Of a stretch of DNA of 64,000 bases, positions 61,051 through 64,000 are shown one piece after another. Both the position numbers and the translations under genes were made by a program. The notes under the pieces were generated by a model. The model was not told the origin of the DNA. It did not search any database and was given only the letters and a program-made list of their open reading frames with translations. The stretch is from Nemertoderma westbladi (taxonomy: Eukaryota; Animalia; Xenacoelomorpha): positions 4,679-68,678 of the forward strand of contig JAUCBJ010005651.1 of NCBI GenBank assembly GCA_032718475.1, written 5' to 3'. Positions within the stretch are counted from its first letter, which is position 1, and every line of letters begins with the position of its first letter.

Positions 61051-64000
61051 AGTTTCCCCACCTATCTGCAAAAATGCCGGTTGAAAATAAATTTCTTGAA
61101 GAATCTGGAAAAATTCACATTTATATGACACAAATGCAAGAATATATTTTATGGAAATATTCCAGTTTGTAGATGTAACGAATTCAGGGAAGACGAAACT
61201 TACTGCTGCTGCGAATCCCAATCTCTAAAGGAGTCTCAGTGATTGGTTGATTATTCTGAGGCCATCGCTTATTGGATGTTTTTCTCAAAGCCTTGTAAGG
61301 AGATATCAGGGTTCTTTATAACATTGAGTTAATGTGCTCAAACTAAATTCAAACTAGTTCATTCTCTATCAGGGATTTTATAGCGAATAAGTTAAAAATT
61401 TAGCATAATCTAGGCAACCTTTTCAGCATTTTAGCGATTAATTTTCGTTGTTTTTGATAACAAATAATCTCCGATACTCTGACGTTTCGCCATTCTTCAC
61501 TTGGCTATTTCAACCTGTACATTAGCAGAAAATATATCGTAAGTATATTGATTTTATAACATTATTGTATTTAAATATTTAACGACCTCCGTCAATGACA
61601 TTTTTTAATCTTAAGGAGGAATTATATTTTCTTATTATATTTTCTGACATCCGACACTATTACAATATGAATAAATATAAAAAATAAAAATAATTATAGG
61701 TATTTTATTTACGAAGCGCCAACGAGGATTGTTTCCATATTTACTGCGATTCAAGTATATTATTGTGCACCGTCAAGAAATAGTTCTCACTTTCTTATTT
61801 TGTTTATTTTCTCCGAGAAAAAATTTAAATCATTGCTATCATTATGGGTAAATTATTCCCTAAAGTTAAATTTAAGTCAATTTAAAAAATTTTATTTGTT
61901 AACTACACAATACCGGTAATAATTTCGCGATGGTGTGAAATTCTTACAGCGAAATAGTTTCGGCACTCTAAAGGTTTGGTTGGGGTTCATACCATATTTT
62001 TTTGTATCTATCCCGGAACCTTTTGGTTTGGTACCGGGATTTGGTACGGGATTTGGTACGGGGAATTGGATATTTGTATTACATTATGGTATAAATCAAA
62101 TTAAAAAGTACCTTAACATTATCTAATGAGCGTGTTTAAACAAGTATCGCACAAATTCTTTTCGAGTATTTGATAATTAAAAGTTGATATGTTGTAAAAA
62201 GCAACACTTTCTATCCGGGGGGGGGGGGGGGGGGGGGGGGGGAGTGGGGGGAAATACTGTCCAGTATTTCTGGACAGTTTTTTATCGCGAAGCAAATTTC
62301 TCGAATAATTTGGGAATTTGCAGAACTTTTCATAAACTTGAGGAAGTCACAGCTCGTATCTGTGACGACAAGATGTCATCGGCAGGTACATAGGTAATCG
62401 TAATTTTATTGTTTCCTGTTTGGGACCTTGGCCTAGCACATATTACAGTACAGTAATCCGATTTACATGTAGTTATAGCTACTGGTAACTGTCCGAAATT
62501 GAGACTGTGTTGATTAATATCTAATTGTCTTTTGCATGCCATTATTATACAGTGTACCTCACGCGTAGGCCCATATTTTTATATTTCGCGAATGAGAAAA
62601 TTTCTATTGGCTAATTATCTACGTCGGGAGATAAAGTGCAATCTTAAATCCAACTCACTTCCATTTTAATTTGGATAAAAATTAAAAAGGTAATTTTTAA
62701 GAATAAAGCTAAATGTTGGATTCCAGATTTCAGACATGTCTTGCCAGCTGGGATCCGCTCCACTACTAGTGTGTGCGCTCGAAACAACAATGGCAGTCAA
62801 TAGGGTTCTGCAATGTATCCTCTAATTACACATTAGCAAATAAATTGGATAATTGGATAATTATGGTTTATATATATGATATGCAATAATACGATGTGCG
62901 ATATGGTAATGTGGCGGTGTCTTTGAAGTATACAGCACCACGCGGAATTCCGTAAAGATTGTAATTTAGACTTATATTAGTATAGCATTAACTGCTAAAT
63001 ATATTGTATTTATTTATTATACTAAAGCGTTATTAGCGACGTAATTATATATATATATACAGACTATATATATATATAGTATTAGTTAAAATACAATAGC
63101 GGCGTTGTTGCTAGACATTAATGCATTTAAGCCCTGCTTATGATTACATAAATGTGAGCATATTGTTATACCGGGTACCGGTATTGCTTGTTGTCATTGA
63201 GCATATTGTCAGCTTTAAGCACACACACTACCCTAGCTCCTTAGAAATAAATACGTGTGTTGAGACTTGAGCGCATTATACGCCATGTTATATATCGTAA
63301 ATTTACTTATAATTTTCTTTCCAAAATTCCAATCTTGCTTAACGCCACATCTCTTAATGATCATCGTATCTTTATTTGTGACCACTCTCTCCGCTCGTTC
63401 GTGCAACGAAATATTCGGATCAGCATACCTTAAAGTGGTACTATACGAAAAAGTATGTCAATTATTACTCATTACAAAACGCGAATATAAAACGCGAATA
63501 CTCACGATAACAGTAGAACTACCTGTTTAAGTGTTTAATCAATTTAATCCATTCAAATTGAGAATCAATATACTTCCAGACGTGCACACTGCACATACGT
63601 ATAGGATAGACGGGTAGTATAGACTAAATACTAGTCATATAAAAAAGGTATTATTAATGTAATAATTCAGTCGTCATAAATTATAGGAATCAATGAGCCA
63701 ATTATATAAAATAATTTGATAATGAGATTACTTTGTCGCAACAATACCGATTTTGTATAATAAAAGCTGAGTTTATAAACGACTTCTCCTCAGGCTATTA
63801 TTGGTTGCTCATAATTATAGTCTGCCCTATTACCAGAGATCTCTGTGACCTACCCTGTAACCACAGTTTTAGCATAGCCTCACTCAATGTGACTTAATGA
63901 AAAAATATATGTTTGTCTCGGCTTGAAGAATGACTCTTTTACTTATTGAAATCAGTTGTAATAATATTTATATATTTAATACTTAATTAAGTACCAAATT

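Overview
Repeat-rich, AT-rich eukaryotic (metazoan, probably invertebrate) genomic DNA; no prokaryotic features. It holds five recognisable host genes. Four have single-exon CDSs: a RING/B-box TRIM-like E3 ligase (8572-10125 +), iRhom/RHBDF (13839-16763 -), TSG101 (29756-30979 +) and BRAT1 (50309-52414 +). The fifth is a 4-exon FBXL8-like F-box/LRR gene (46037-49939 -), head-to-head with BRAT1. An unassigned coiled-coil ORF at the left edge reads on past an in-frame TGA. Between the genes lie two RTE LINEs with (TAG)n tails, a decayed CR1-like LINE, Penelope-like, CRE-like, IS3EU-like and hAT-like remnants, many MITE/fold-back elements and at least six minisatellites. Most notable: (i) one ~55-bp core module recurs about 10 times inside otherwise unrelated TIR/fold-back elements; (ii) a 7-kb two-unit satellite with an open-ORF RTE insertion starts a few bases after the FBXL8 stop codon and separates it from an AATAAA; (iii) several normally intron-rich genes are intronless; (iv) ACCGGT/AGGCCT palindromes cluster near gene 5' ends. 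Gene names come from motif recall, not from a database search.
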